DNA from: Bugula neritina
Lineage: Eukaryota > Animalia > Bryozoa
Direction: 5' to 3'
Assembly (NCBI GenBank): GCA_964035545.1
Contig: OZ037767.1
Coordinates: forward strand, 17,047,781 to 17,111,780
Length of the DNA stretch: 64,000 nucleotides
The notes beneath the pieces were generated by a model. The model was not told the origin of the DNA and did no database searches. It saw nothing but the letters and a program-made list of their open reading frames with translations. Of the stretch, positions 24,704 to 38,200 are shown piece after piece; positions within the stretch are counted from its first letter, which is position 1, and the number at the start of each line of letters is the position of its first letter. Made by a program: the position numbers and the translations under genes.

Positions 24704-27700
24704 ATGTCTGACGCAGATGCCAAGTACAGGAAGATTGCAACAGAATATGCCAAGGTATGTGTCATTATGTTTACTATTTAGAGCAACTTTCTGATTTTAA
24801 ACTGTGCTACACTTTATTGGATTGTCAAAAGTAACTTTTTAATTTATGTTTATTTTCAATTTTTTGATAAATAGCTAACCAGGTTAAAATTTAATTTAGT
24901 ATTTTGAGTTTTTTTAAATTGTTGTTTTAATATTAACACATATTGATTAACATTTCTAAGAAATTGGTTTATAAAATATACAAATGTTGCAGCTTAAAGC
25001 GCAGCTGCCTGTCTTACGGAAAGCAATTCTGGACGAGCAGCAAAAAGAAGCTGTTTTGAAAGTGAGTTTTTATTGTCTAATATGTGTATTATATCGTATA
25101 TAATATACCGTACAGTGTTGTATATAATATAACGTAGCATATACTGTATCATATATAATATAACACAGCATATACTGTACAGTGTAGTCTAGTATATTAT
25201 ATATAATATAACACAGCATATACTGTACAGTGTAGTCTAGTATATTATATATAATATAACACAGCATATACTGTATAGTGTAGTCTAGTATATAGTATAT
25301 CATATAACACAGCATATACTGTATAGTGTAGTCTAGTATATAGTATATAATATAACACAGCATATACTGTACAGTGTAGTCTAGTATATTATATATAATA
25401 TAACACAGCATATACTGTATAGTGTAGTTTAGTATATAATATATAATATAACACAGCATATACTGTATAGTGTAGTTTAGTATATAATATATAATATAAC
25501 ACAGCATATACTGTATAGTTTAGTCTAGTATATATTATATAATATAACACAGCATATACTGTATAGTGTAGTTTAGTATATAATATATAATATAACACAG
25601 CATATACTGTATAGTTTAGTCTAGTATATATTATATAATATAACACAGCATATACTGTACAGTGTAGTCTAGTATATTATATATAATATAACACAGCATA
25701 TACTGTACAGTGTAGTCTAGTATATAATATATAATATAACACAGCATATACTGTATAGTGTAGGCTAGTATATAATATATAATATAACACAGCATATACT
25801 GTATAGTGTAGGCTAGTATATAATATATAATATAACACAGCATATACTGTATAGTGTAGGCTAGTATATAATATATAATATAACACAGCATATACTGTAT
25901 AGTGTAGGCTAGTATATAGTATATAATATAACACAGCATATACTGTATAGTGTAGTCTAGTATATAATATATAATATAACACGATATGTTGCTCAGGACA
26001 AGGTGAAGGAGAAAGATCAGTGTATCCGAAAGTCCGAACAGGAACTGGAGAGTCTCATGTTCCGGAATGAGCAGCTTTCTAAGAGAGTCTCCGTTCTACA
26101 AGATGAGCTAGACAGAAACCTTGCCCAGTCTAACAAACATCGCAGGTAAACCTAGCCCAGTCTAACAAACACCGCAGGTAAACTGCTTTTTTCATTTTGA
26201 AGTGTGTTTATTTAGTAGTGTAGCTATACAGGAGTGTACCTATACAGTGGTGTAGCTATACAAGGGGGTACCTATACAGTGGTGTAGCTATACAGTGGTG
26301 TAGCTATACAGTGGTGTAGCTATACAGTGGTGTATGAGGGGGTATTTGCTAAGGTAACATAGTATAATATTGCAGAGGAAGAGCGGACACAGGGGGTGAC
26401 AACTCCATGAACAACACATCTGTTCTGTTGAATGAGGAGCTGCAGAGGAAAATCAGAGAGAATGAGATTTTACACACTGAGCTGAACAACGTGAAGGAAG
26501 ACACAAACAGACAGATGATGCTGGTAGTTATACTATTCAGGAGTTATCTTATCTCATACAATAGTTCTCTCTGTTCAAGAGTTTTCCTATCTCATACAAT
26601 AGTTCTATCTGTTTAAGAGTTGTCCTATCTCATACAGTAGTTCTCTCTGTTTAGGAGTTATCTTATCTCATACAATAGCTCTCTCTGTTCAAGAGTTGTC
26701 TTATCTCATACAGTTGAAAGATAAAGTAAGCAACTATGAGTTCTCCGAAAAGCAGTATTCGGCCACCATACAAAAACTAGAAGAGGAGAATAGAGGTCAA
26801 TTGGACAGGCTGAGAGAGGAAAAAGCATTATTAGAGGTTCGGTTAGAGGACCAGGAGAGATCAGTGCGAGAGGCGAAGCTGGCAGCCTCATTATCGTGAG
26901 TACGAGCTCTTAGAACTTGGGTTATGTGATACAGATGCTATGCTATATACTCAACTGTTAGAAAGTTGGTTTTCTTTGATAGAAAAGACAAACTGGTGGA
27001 ACTTGAAAAGCTCATGACCTATGAACTCACTCAAGCTAGAAAGACGATAGAGGAGAAAATTCCCTTCAACGATATAAGTGAGTGACTAAACCCAGCTATA
27101 TACTTTATTGTAGATATATACTATCTACTATACTGTATACTATACTATATTATAAACTATACTGTATACTATACTATCTACTATACTCTATATACTATCT
27201 ACTATACTCTATGTACTATATGCTATACTCTGTATGCTATATACTATACTCTATGTACTATATGCTATACTCTATATACTCTACAGAATGTCCAACACTC
27301 AACAGTTTCAACTTGCCCACGCACAACAGACACCACCAAATGCAGGTTGCTAAGCAACTGCAGCATATAAATGGACTCGTTAGAGATCTGTGTGATCACC
27401 TGTCTAGTGTATTCACTTACATGGAGCAGAGATACCACATATACCCTGTCACCTCTACACTCAATACTCAGGTATATACCCTGTCACCTCTACACTCAAT
27501 ACACAGGTATATACCCTGTCACCTCTACACTCAATACACAGGTATATACCCTGTCACCTCTACACTCAATACACAGGTATATACCCTGTCACCTCTACAC
27601 TCAATACACAGGTGAGTATACAGGTAGAGTATACAGGTAGAGTATACAGGTAAATAAGTAGGCACACCATAGTTATATTCACTAAGAGGGAATGCCATTA

Positions 27701-30700
27701 GATGCCACTGCAAAGTCTACATTAATTTTAGTGCTTACCAAGTCTGGTGCAGGAAGTTGTTTTAGCTTTACCTTCAGGAAGGACAACTCCCTGTATCATG
27801 TTGTAACCATTTCTGTTTGTTGAATACAGAGTATAGTATGGTGTATTCTTTACTGCTGATACCTTTCATTATTAATGCAATGATATTAACTATCAAATGT
27901 GTATATAGCTGTACTGTTTTATTCTACTGCAAATTAAGCTTTCAGAATAAAAAGCTATGAAAGCTTTTGCTTATAGCATGATGCAACGTAACACAGTTTA
28001 GTATTTATGTTTCAGTTGTGTTGCCATTTGCGAGCCGCTCCAGCCATTTTGAAAATTCTAGCAGACACGTTTAGAAACTTCACAGAAAGTCAGCCGAAAG
28101 ACATAATGTTAGCCTTGGTGAGTTTGCTACTGTAGGGTAACACATTATTGCATAACTCTGGTACATTCCGCATTGCCTGGTAACACCAATTAATTCACTG
28201 TTTCAACTAAAAGGTTTGCCATCAGTGTATATGAAAGAGAAGATAACAACGAAAGCGAGTTGGAATACAATCATATTATCACATAGCCAGTGATCCTCTC
28301 TGTTTACTACTTTACTGTATGCTTTTAGGACACGGCCCTGAATCTGCACCAATTTGCTCAGCAGTTTCAAGTATTTTCTAACTTCTTACAGAAGTTAATC
28401 CCGTATTTCAGTCTAAGGTGAGGGTCATATTGTGTTACAGAACTTTGTGAAATCTCTACACGTTGGCTACTTGCTGGTGTTTCTGCTGCACGCAGTGTGT
28501 CTTCTGTGTTTTAGTCTGAGGAAAGAGAACCTGCAGCCCCTCTCTAACCAGACTATGTGCAAACAGAATGAGAAGACGATTCTAACTCTTGAGCAGTTCT
28601 CTCACAGCGTGGACAGAACCAGCAGCTACTTGCAGCTTCTGGCTGACCAGAGTGAGTCACCTGGCAGCGGCAGCGTGATGTAATGTCTGCTGTTACAGGA
28701 GAATGGTTCAACTTTTTGCATTATTCAAGAGGATATAAAGTGAATATTTAGTGTGAAGTGTTGATGTGAAGTGTTGATGTGAAGGATGTGAAGTGTTGAT
28801 GTGAAGTGTTGATGTGAAGGATGTGAAGTGTTGATGTGAAGTGTTGATGTGAAGTGTTGATGTGAAGTGTTGATGTGTAATAAAGTTACAGAATAGAAAT
28901 CTTAAGATAAAATTCAACAGTGACTTGGCATTTCCATACTTGCTGTGCTGATCAGCTTCAATAAAATGAGATTTACCTATAAACACAGTATTGTGTAATA
29001 TAGACATTTTATATTATCTGATGCAGGCATGTGATGTTACATAGTAACTTGTATTTAACAGGTAATAAAGCCTACGATTTCCCTAAACATAACCAGTCAA
29101 AGATGGTGGACCTCCTCTCTAAAGCCCTTTCTCAGCTCCAACTCACAGCTAAATGTAGGTCAAGGTTATTTCACAATGTCTTCACTTTAATTCATGTTTC
29201 TTGGCTCTTCTGAGATTAGCTAAGGGTAGTAGATTGTCTTCACTATTCACTCAGTATCTGTGATATGGTTGGATGAAGTTGATGCTAGTCAGCTTAATAT
29301 TGCTCTGTATTCTATAATAATAGTATGTCATGTAATATATAGCACACTTTACCTCTTCTCCATCACGTAGCTTTATTTTAGTTAATTCTGTGAAGGATAT
29401 TTACACTGTAAACTCTCCTATAATATAAACTCTCTAATACTATAGACATTGTAATGGTGTAGATTATCTAATAATAGAAGCTATGTAATAATATAAACTC
29501 TCTAATAATATGGACTTGTATTTATCATAAACTTGCTAAACTCAACTCTTGCTGAACTTACTGTAGCCTTAGGCCTCTCCTGTTGTAGCCTTAGTTCTCT
29601 CCTGTTGTAGCCTTAGGTCTCTCCTGTTGTAGCCTTAGGCCTCTCCTGTTGTAGCCTTAGTTCTCTACTGTTGTAGCCTTAGGTCTCTACTGTTGTAGCC
29701 TTAGTTCTCTACTGTTGTAGCCTTAGGTCTCTACTGTTGTAGCCTTAGGTCTCTACTGTTGTAGCCTTAGGTCTCTACTGTTGTAGCCTTAGGTCTCTAC
29801 TGTTGTAGCCTTAGGCCTCTCCTGTTGTAGCCTTAGTTCTCTACTGTTGTAGCCTTAGGTCTCTACTGTTGTAGCCTTAGTTCTCTACTGTTGTAGCCTT
29901 AGTTCTCTACTGTTGTAGCCTTAGGTCTCTACTGTTGTAGCCTTAGGTCTCTACTGTTGTAGCCTTAGGTCTCTACTGTTGTAGCCTTAGGCCTCTACTG
30001 TTGTAGCCTTAGGGGTAGCGTATCACATGAAGAGTGAGTTGGAGACGAAGCTGCCCACAGCCCCAGAAGAACTGCTCACGACTGACCAGTGTTTGCTCAA
30101 GTCCTTCGTGTCTACCAATAGCTCACTTTCACGAGTTAGTGTGTTTCTTCTCTAAATATTTGTTATATGTGAGAAACTCACACTGTATAAGCATATTCTA
30201 TAAGCATATTGTATAAGCATACTCAATGTGGCAAACTAAATCCTAATATATACCAAATACACAGACGGAATATCTTTACAAACCGATTTAAGTAGAGAAC
30301 TGTTGTATTTTCTGTTTGTAGTTGTCTGCCTACGTCACTGAGCACTACGAGGGAAGGTCAGCCAGTGACTCACATGCTAAGTCGGCAGCAACCAACTCGA
30401 CAGCTAAACATGACCCCGCGGTGACCCAATTGCATAATCAGTCGGCAGCCTACCTCAAGCTGATACACAGAGTTAGTATGATTAGTTGATAGTACACAGT
30501 GAGTAGTACACAGTGAGTAGTACACAGTGAGTAGTACACAGTGAGTAGTACACAGTGAGTAGTATACAGGTGAGTAGTACACAGTGAGTAGTACACAGTG
30601 AGTTGTAGTACACAGTGAGTTGTATACATTACTTTTAGCCTGTGGCCCCCTCGGTCCCCTACCACGTCTCTCTAGAGAATATGAAGACACTGTTTAGTTC

Positions 30701-33229
30701 CACAGAGAGCCGAGAAAGTCTCCACGAGCAAGTCAGCAGGCTAAACTCAAAAGTGTCGAAACTGGAACAGGAAAAAGAGCGGTGGATGTTGGACGCACAA
30801 CTCCTGCGTATCAAGTTTGAGAAACAGCAGAAGGTTCAGTTATTGTATTTCTGCACGTCTGCTGCTGGAGTTGTCTTCTATTTGAATATATTCTCTACAG
30901 AGCGGACAACTCTCTCATTCTGTTGTTTTTCTATAATTTATAGTATTAGCTGTTGTGTTTCAGCTTTTATCAACAAATCATATTGCTGAGGCTAAGACTA
31001 AGGACTCGACTACCTCAGATAACTCTACAGCGGGTGGTGAAGGAACCCCCTCTGATAGCTATGACTCAACTGAAGTAAGTTCTTAGTCTATTTAGTTTAT
31101 TCAAGTAAATTCCATTCCATTTGATATTAGAAGATTCAGAGGTATAAATATGGGCTAAGCAAGTAAAATAATAAAAAAGATGAGTGGAAGTGATGTAATT
31201 CATTTACAACTTTCAGTACATCACTGTGTAGCCTGTGCTCTGTTTTACCTTGCTGACCCCCCAACCTAGATGGTCACTTGTGTCGTCTGCAAGTCTTCTG
31301 ATTTTCTCCAATTATTTACTAATTAGTCTCTTCCACCACTGCTAATCTGTCTCGTGTCTTTCTGTATCGATATAGTGGTTTAATTTGCTAGTAATTGTGG
31401 ATAATAAGAAGGCATTCGAGTGCAATAGACTGGGTTCAGTTTGTTGGAGGGAGTGTGATAGCCTATGTTCTATACCCAGTTAGGTGTGGTGGAGAGGGGT
31501 GGCGCTGTACCCGACACATCAGATGAGGCTACCAGAGAGGCCCTGCTACACGCTCACCTGTCCAGTAGGATAGAAGAGCTGACCTCACAGCTCCAGCTGG
31601 CCGACAGCAACGCTGTCTCCTCCCACGCGGAGTGTAGAGCTCTGAGTAGACGACTACAGATCAGCTCTAAGGCTAGACTGAAGGCACAGGAGCAGCTGAC
31701 ACAGGCCAACGCATCAATCAGCCACCTTCAAGTAAGAACTCAAGCTAAGCAGAGGGGTGCAGCTGTTAGTAATTAGTACTAATGTATAATTGATAATAAA
31801 GTAAATGAATTCTAATTTGATGTAGAATAAGCAGTAATTAGTCCTTACATACCTGGGGGAGGGGGGGACACTCCCTGTGTACAATATATCTTACTATAAC
31901 TATTACACTTTGAGTTATGTTGAGATGGAGGATATCCACAGCGAGGAGGGGGGGGGAACGGTCCACACCATGTGCTGGACTGTCATACAACCTTCCTTCT
32001 CTCTGGACAATATTACTTTAAGTAATATCCAATGCTGCTTTAAGCAGCTGCAAATTTGAAATTACCTTCTCCAGTGTGTTTATTCAACATTATTGATTGA
32101 TTGATTACATAACACAGACATGAAAACATGTTGCGAAATTCAGTGTAAATACTTAAGAAGTAGACATAATAAAGTGGAAAAAATATATCAATAGCACTTT
32201 TTGCCATTTAATAGTCAGCTTAAATACGGTGAAAACTGCAAATATTCTCTGTAAACTATTAGAGAGAAATAAGATATCCATATATACCTACAAGGTGGTT
32301 TCTTTATATATAAATCACACTGAATAGCCATAATATGTTATAATCTACCACCACTAATAAAATAGTAATAAATCCGAAGGTAATCTGTGTCAGTATTAAA
32401 TATGCCATGTCATGTGTATTATCTTACTTCAGCATCTTAATCCCTGAAAATATTAACTGCCATAGATATAGTATACAAGAATAACTAATCTTTAATTGAT
32501 GTCTAGAGCTTTTGATGTCTTTAGTATGCAATGAGTTCTCCCTTTCACTATCATTGTATTGTTGATCTCCATTGATGTCTTTACACAGGACGAACTGCTC
32601 ACGACTAAGAAAAGTTACGATGCCCAGTTGATGACGATGAGTGAAGCTTTGGCATCTATGAACGGGAATTTGGCTTCTCAGCAGGACGAGATTGAAGAGT
32701 TGAAACAGCAGCTTAAGGTTGGTTAGTGATGAGTAGAGAGAGTATATAGAGTATAGAAAGAGTATGTAGATATAGAGAGAGTGTAGAGAAAGAGTATAGA
32801 GTGAGTATAGAAAGAGTATGTAGATATAGAGAGAGTGAGTATAGAGAGTATAGTGAGTATAGAGAGTATAGTGAGTATAGAGAGTATAGAGTGTAGAAGA
32901 GTATAGAGAGTATATAGAGAGAGTATGTACAGAGATAGTATAGAGAGAGTATATATACAGTGTAGAGAGAGTATAGAGAGAGCATAGAGAGAATATAGAG
33001 AGAGTATAGAGGGAGTATATAGAGAGAGTATAGAGAGAGTATATAGAGAGAGTATAGAGAGAGTAGAGAGAGTATAGAGACAGAGTATAGAGAATATAGA
33101 GAGAGCATAGAGAGAATATAGAGAGTATAGTATAGAAAAACTCCCAAGTATTGTTCCCATCAGGTTTCAGGTATAGAATGTACTTAAACTCCTTTTTGTT
33201 TACAGATTGCCAGAAAAGGAAAAAGATAG
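24704..33229 (+). CDS. PPP1R21: Protein phosphatase 1 regulatory subunit 21 (FERRY complex subunit; ~762 aa, 18 exons)
   Basis: Exons 24704-24754, 24993-25061, 25997-26145, 26376-26523, 26714-26895, 26983-27077, 27287-27471, 28016-28117, 28329-28417, 28515-28651, 29062-29154, 30007-30134, 30322-30471, 30639-30833, 30964-31074, 31480-31731, 32589-32717, 33206-33229 (2289 nt, in frame). N-terminal KYRKIATEYAKLKAQ (KLRAQ motif), SLMFRNEQLSKRVSVLQDEL, IPFND, SSTESRESL, LEQEKERWMLDAQLL, LTSQLQLADS, SYDAQLMTMSE. Confidence 0.92.
25110..25982. repeat. 48-bp minisatellite filling PPP1R21 intron 2
   Basis: Unit acacagcatatactgtatagtgtagtctagtatataatatataatata, ~18 copies. Confidence 0.95.
26540..26713. 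repeat. 38-bp repeat whose last copy forms the PPP1R21 exon 5 acceptor
   Basis: gagttatcttatctcatacaatagttctctctgttcaa x~4.5; the final copy reads ..tctcatacag|TTG. Confidence 0.85.
27439..27613. repeat. 35-bp repeat of the PPP1R21 exon 7 end plus donor (5 copies)
   Basis: Unit atataccctgtcacctctacactcaatacacaggt; CAG|GT after 27471, 27506, 27541, 27576 and 27611. Confidence 0.93.
28751..28878. repeat. 13-bp intronic repeat (gatgtgaagtgtt)
   Basis: About 9-10 copies in PPP1R21 intron 10. Confidence 0.85.
29562..30013. repeat. 22-bp repeat containing the PPP1R21 exon 12 acceptor (~20 copies)
   Basis: Unit tgttgtagccttaggtctctac; the last copy is ttgtag|CCTTAGG. Confidence 0.95.
30490..30626. 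repeat. 14-bp repeat (tacacagtgagtag) carrying GTGAGT in each unit
   Basis: About 9 copies filling PPP1R21 intron 13. Confidence 0.9.
32730..33135. repeat. Degenerate (agagagtat)-type low-complexity satellite
   Basis: Begins just after the PPP1R21 exon 17 donor. Confidence 0.85.
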
Positions 33230-33279
33230 CCCAAGAAGATAAATTAGCAGAACAACTTTCACCAATACTAATTGTGTGC

Positions 33280-33407
33280 AACAAGGCCATGCTATTCCAA
33301 CAGGACATGTTATTCCAACAGGACATGCTATTCCAACAGGCCATGCTATTCCAACAGGACATGCTATTCCAACAGGCCATGTTATTCCAACAGGACATGT
33401 TATTCAA
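33280..33407. repeat. 18-bp repeat in the PPP1R21 3' UTR
   Basis: caggacatgctattccaa x~7, starting ~50 nt after the stop. Confidence 0.9.
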
Positions 33408-35029
33408 GGTTTTATAGTTGCTTTATGATTTCTATCAGACATACATACTAATTATGGTGCTTCCAAATTACATATGATTGGCTACTGCGCAAGGTCACTG
33501 CAGACGGAGACGTTGCGTCATGACACGATGTCTTGGCCATGTGTCATTCTTCTGAAATAGTGATGAGAATTGTAAGAGATTGTGCAGATTAGCTTTCCCT
33601 GAAAATGATGTTTTGTCCGAGTATTTTTCTAGTTTAATTATAATAAAATTTTATTAGATTTTTACACAAGGCAAGTCTATTGGAGATCTTAGTAGTGTTG
33701 TTTAGTGGCCATTAATAGGCTACTCCTATCTAAGCTGTGATTGGTTAACCGAGTCAATTGAGAAAGGAAAGAGCACTTCAAGATGTCTGATTGACAGACC
33801 AACAGTTTCACTACTTCCTTCCTGTCCCCATTACTCAAGTTACATAATATCCGGAAGTGCTCTATCATTACATAACTCTTATCTAATCCAGGTACTAGTC
33901 TAGTTGTGGTCAGCAATTGATAATTGTTACATAATGTTGACAAATTGATAACATTTTAAACCCAGGTAACCAAAATTTAATTATATAACAATTGTTAAGC
34001 AAACTTTTACTACCTGTTGATATAGAATTAGTTCCTAATAAGAAAGTGTCAGATTAGAGGTAATTATCTCTAATGATATCTGGCTGAGGTTGAGTGAAGT
34101 ATGTCGTCCAATGAGGTGTAAGCTTACAACTGGTATATGTTAGTTAAAGCTATGAAGAGCTCAATTAGTTAAATCAATTTGATTTTTTGTTAGAAATCAC
34201 CACCCAGGCTTAACGTCTACCACGGAATTCAGTAAACAAGAAGTAAAGAATGAAATGAGCAGCAAAATTTGAGAGAACATAGAGTTTACTTTTATTGATC
34301 AGTGAGAGAAAATCTAAAAAAGCCTGTGTCCTAGACAGAAATTATCAACTGGCACTCAGAACCAAAATTAAAAAAACAATCAAAAAACTGAAGCTATTGA
34401 AAGCATCTCAATTTCAAAGTTGGTTACAAATAAAGGACATTGCAATATATAAAATCTGTTACTGGTGTTCACCTTTTACAAATTTAAGCCACCAAAAATA
34501 TGAGCTGTGGTAAAAACTAATACAGACTATAATAATATAACTCGTGAGTAATTAAACTTTAACAACTAAACATAACAAAGCCTCATCTAATATGTCAATA
34601 ACAAGTTAATCCTTGAACCAATAATATGTAAAAGCTAGCAAATGCTCTAATTACAATTTAATCCACCTAACCATACTGTATAAATAAAATAAATAAAGGT
34701 TTATCTATATGATAAGCCTACTAATAAATATTTTATATGGAGAATAGTAAAATAGAAAATTAGACTAACCAAACCATAATACAGTATCAGTCCCTGTTCT
34801 GATAATCCAGATTTTATCTGTGCTAAGAAAAGTACTGCTTTGAGCTAAAAGTTTTGTTCTACTAGATAAATATCAAATTCTAACACAGCCAGAAAATATA
34901 AACTCCTAAAGGTCAGTTTTACTCTGGTGGCAGTTTTGAAAGTATTCCAAAATGCATGCAATTTTAATATTAATCTAAGACATTAACAATCCTATAATTC
35001 ACTATTGGTGACACCAGGCTATACATGGA

Positions 35030-35259
35030 AACTCCAAGAGTTGCAGCAGACTACAGTAAATCCAAAAGTTGCAGCAGACTAGAGTATCTCCAAGAGTTGC
35101 AGCAGACTACAGTATCTCCAAGAGTTGCAGCAGACTACAGTATCTCCAAGAGTTGCAGCAGACTACAGTATCTCCAAGAGTTGCAGCAGACTACAGTATC
35201 TCCAAGAATTGCAGCAGACTAGAGTATCTCCAAAAGTTGCAGCAGACTAGAGTAACTCC
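35030..35259. repeat. 28-bp minisatellite overlapping the TECPR2 stop codon
   Basis: Unit ctccaagagttgcagcagactacagtat, ~8 copies; the terminal copy is ctagagtaactcc, revcomp of the last codons plus TAG. Confidence 0.9.
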
Positions 35260-38200
35260 CAGTCTCCATCAGTCTGTCTTTCCTCAGAGTCAGCCTCTGT
35301 AGAATCTCTAACATTTCCGATGACTCGATGCTGTAGAGTGACCAGTTGACCAGAAGACAACAGAGCCGTTATCTCATTGGTTGGCGAAACTGAAACCGTC
35401 AAATCATATTGTAGAAGACTCAGTCAGCACAATAATTCATTTTAGGTACAGATAACAAGTACCACCACATGAATAAAATTTCAATAACTTATGAACAATG
35501 ACACCATTCTAAGACGTCAACTTTCAAGTGTTGATTTAACTTTGAAGTCCGTTTAGTTTTTTTCTAAGCAAAACGTTAAAAATTCAAGACTAAATTGAGT
35601 TAGCTTCAACAAAGAAGACTAAAGCTGCTGTTCCAAGTGTCACCTGCTAGCTAGGTGAGAGAGTACTACCTGCTATGTGAGTAGGTGAAGCAGGTATTTT
35701 CTTCCAGTAGTCTCCTTCAAACAACCGATCTGTGATACCAACTCTACAGAGAAGAGAGTTGCTGGAGTCTATCACCCACACCGTGTCATTGCTTACACTC
35801 ACTGCCTTTACTTTCACCTCTACAACAGTACAGCCACCTTATAATGATGACGGAGCTTTATGTTTTGTGATGGCAAAGCTTTGTTTTGTGATAAATAAGC
35901 TATTTGCTTTTTGGTAACAAAGCTTTATGATTATTTCCAAAGGAGTCATCATAGCAAGAGCTTGTTTTCTTTACCAAAAGCACAAAATTAGTTTGCAAAT
36001 TTTAGTTCAAAATAACATTTGTTATGAAGTGTGTTGTTGTCCAAAACTTTCTTTGAAACTTGAATATCACTCCCCCAGAAGGAACAGCTATCTGAGGGTT
36101 TTAATCAGCCACTTCGTTGCTAAAAATTAGTTTCAACAGCTCCCAGATACTTTCTGTTCATAGACTTATCCACAGTGTTTGCTTGACCAATTATTCATGG
36201 TAACAAATCTCAGCAGAATCTCTGATCAGAACCACAACAGAATAATCTCGTTCAACAGGAAATTCCGTTTGATTACAAAAACATCGGGCAATAAGTAGTG
36301 GCACATGAGTCCATGTGAAATAGCCTTGGGTCTTACAACCAAACCAAACTGGGTAACACCCAGCATGTCCCGAGATTAGTAGAGAAACAGATTTTGATGC
36401 GGCTAAACTTATGATTTACAAGTAATGAGATTTTTTTTATCCTGACAGCGTCTTGAAATGGAATCACCTTATTTTTATTGACAAATGATTTTCATTCTAT
36501 TCAATTAGTTCTGTGAAGCAAGCTAATAGTGATGGATGAGAGTTTCCAACTATATACAGTCACTTCCACACATTGATTAAAATTTCAATTAAATTTAGCT
36601 TCAATTAGCAGAAGTAATTACCATTCACTGACACTAGCCAGCAAGTATTAGCTTTTATAAAAATAAGTTGGAGGAATGCGAACAATTGGAAACAATAACA
36701 TGTCAATTTTCAGCTAATTTTATAAATACTAATATAACATAGGTCTAACAACTTTATTCCATTAAATTAGATGTTGTATATATGGTAAACTGGTGAAACT
36801 GGTATATTACACTCAATTAGCGTAAAACCAGTCCACCAGCCTATTTCCTGATAACCCCCATTTTGTAAATTATGTACAAGAGAAAAATATAAATGAAAAA
36901 GATTCTGTGAAAGAATCCAAGTATGGAAACTTTTCGTTTGAGAATTGCATTCCCAACGATATTAGAATCCCATGTCAAGTGCAAATTACAAACTTGAGTG
37001 AACTTCATCAAAGACGGAGAAGTGTGCTGTTAGATTACCAGCAGAGTACAAATACTATTAGATATCCCATAATAACTTCCACCTTTGAATACTTGGGTTA
37101 GTAAAGAAGATTCCGTGGTCTAAAGGAAATGCTGTTTATTACTGCGCCTCAGTTTTCAATCTAATCTTATAAAAACTGCAGATTAAAATATTTTCCTAGA
37201 CCCCACAGACTACAGACAGAAACTAAGTGCAAGCCACATGTAATCAATTCATGTACCCCTTAAAGTATGCAGAAACCAAAAGGTCTGCACTTGTACCACA
37301 CTGTTTGCAAGATGAATTAAGGCACTCCTAGTTTTTGCACTTTTATCATTTAATCAATAGATTGGTTTTTCAAATCTCCACAAAAAATTCATTTTCTTCA
37401 ACTTTAAAACAACTCAGTAATATAGATACTTGAAATGTTATAAAACATACAAAGTACAGCATCAATTTGTTATACAGTAAACAAGAAAAGACAATTGCAA
37501 AGAGTGGATTATAATAATTGTATTGATTATATATATATAAATAAATAAATACATATATATAATCTTAAGCTCTTTATAATTAGCTGCAATTTTTACAAGA
37601 TTACAACTGAAATATGCTAGCTGTCAGTGCAAGAAGCTTGTGTTATTTTAAACCTATAAGGTTAAACGATTACATTATTGTAATTTATACCGCACTTTGT
37701 TACTTGCATATATAGCGTCATTATTTCACAAATTTAGCATTATTTGACACCAGCATTAGAAAATAAACTTTTTTGCATTTAAAAAGTTCACAGCAATTTT
37801 ACTGACTAAATTATTCACAAGAGTATTGGGTGACATAATTGCTGAATATATAATTTCATTGATAAACTTCACCCTTGTCAGCACAGCTCGCTGTTTGAGA
37901 AAGGTTTGTATTCGTACACGTAGTTGTACAAACATCAAACACCATTCACCACAAAACTACCATAGGTGGCCAAAACAAGGGTAATTAGAGAAACAATTTC
38001 TCGCTATCTTGAGATCTTGCTGGTGGTAAGATGATAAATTATTGAGTAGTTTACATTGCTAACTGTTAGCTAAGTAGGAGCAGAAGTAGTTAAATGATAT
38101 TAATGCTATAATCTTAACATCTAGATGAAAAGGAATATCCACATTATGTTAATTAGGCAGAAACATTAGAAAGTTTAAGGGTAAACATTTAATAATGTCT

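Noticed and set aside
11079-33407. Other low-complexity ORFs (11079, 11269, 15127, 25070-25982, 32424-33160)
   Set aside because: Stop-free frames of intronic minisatellites.
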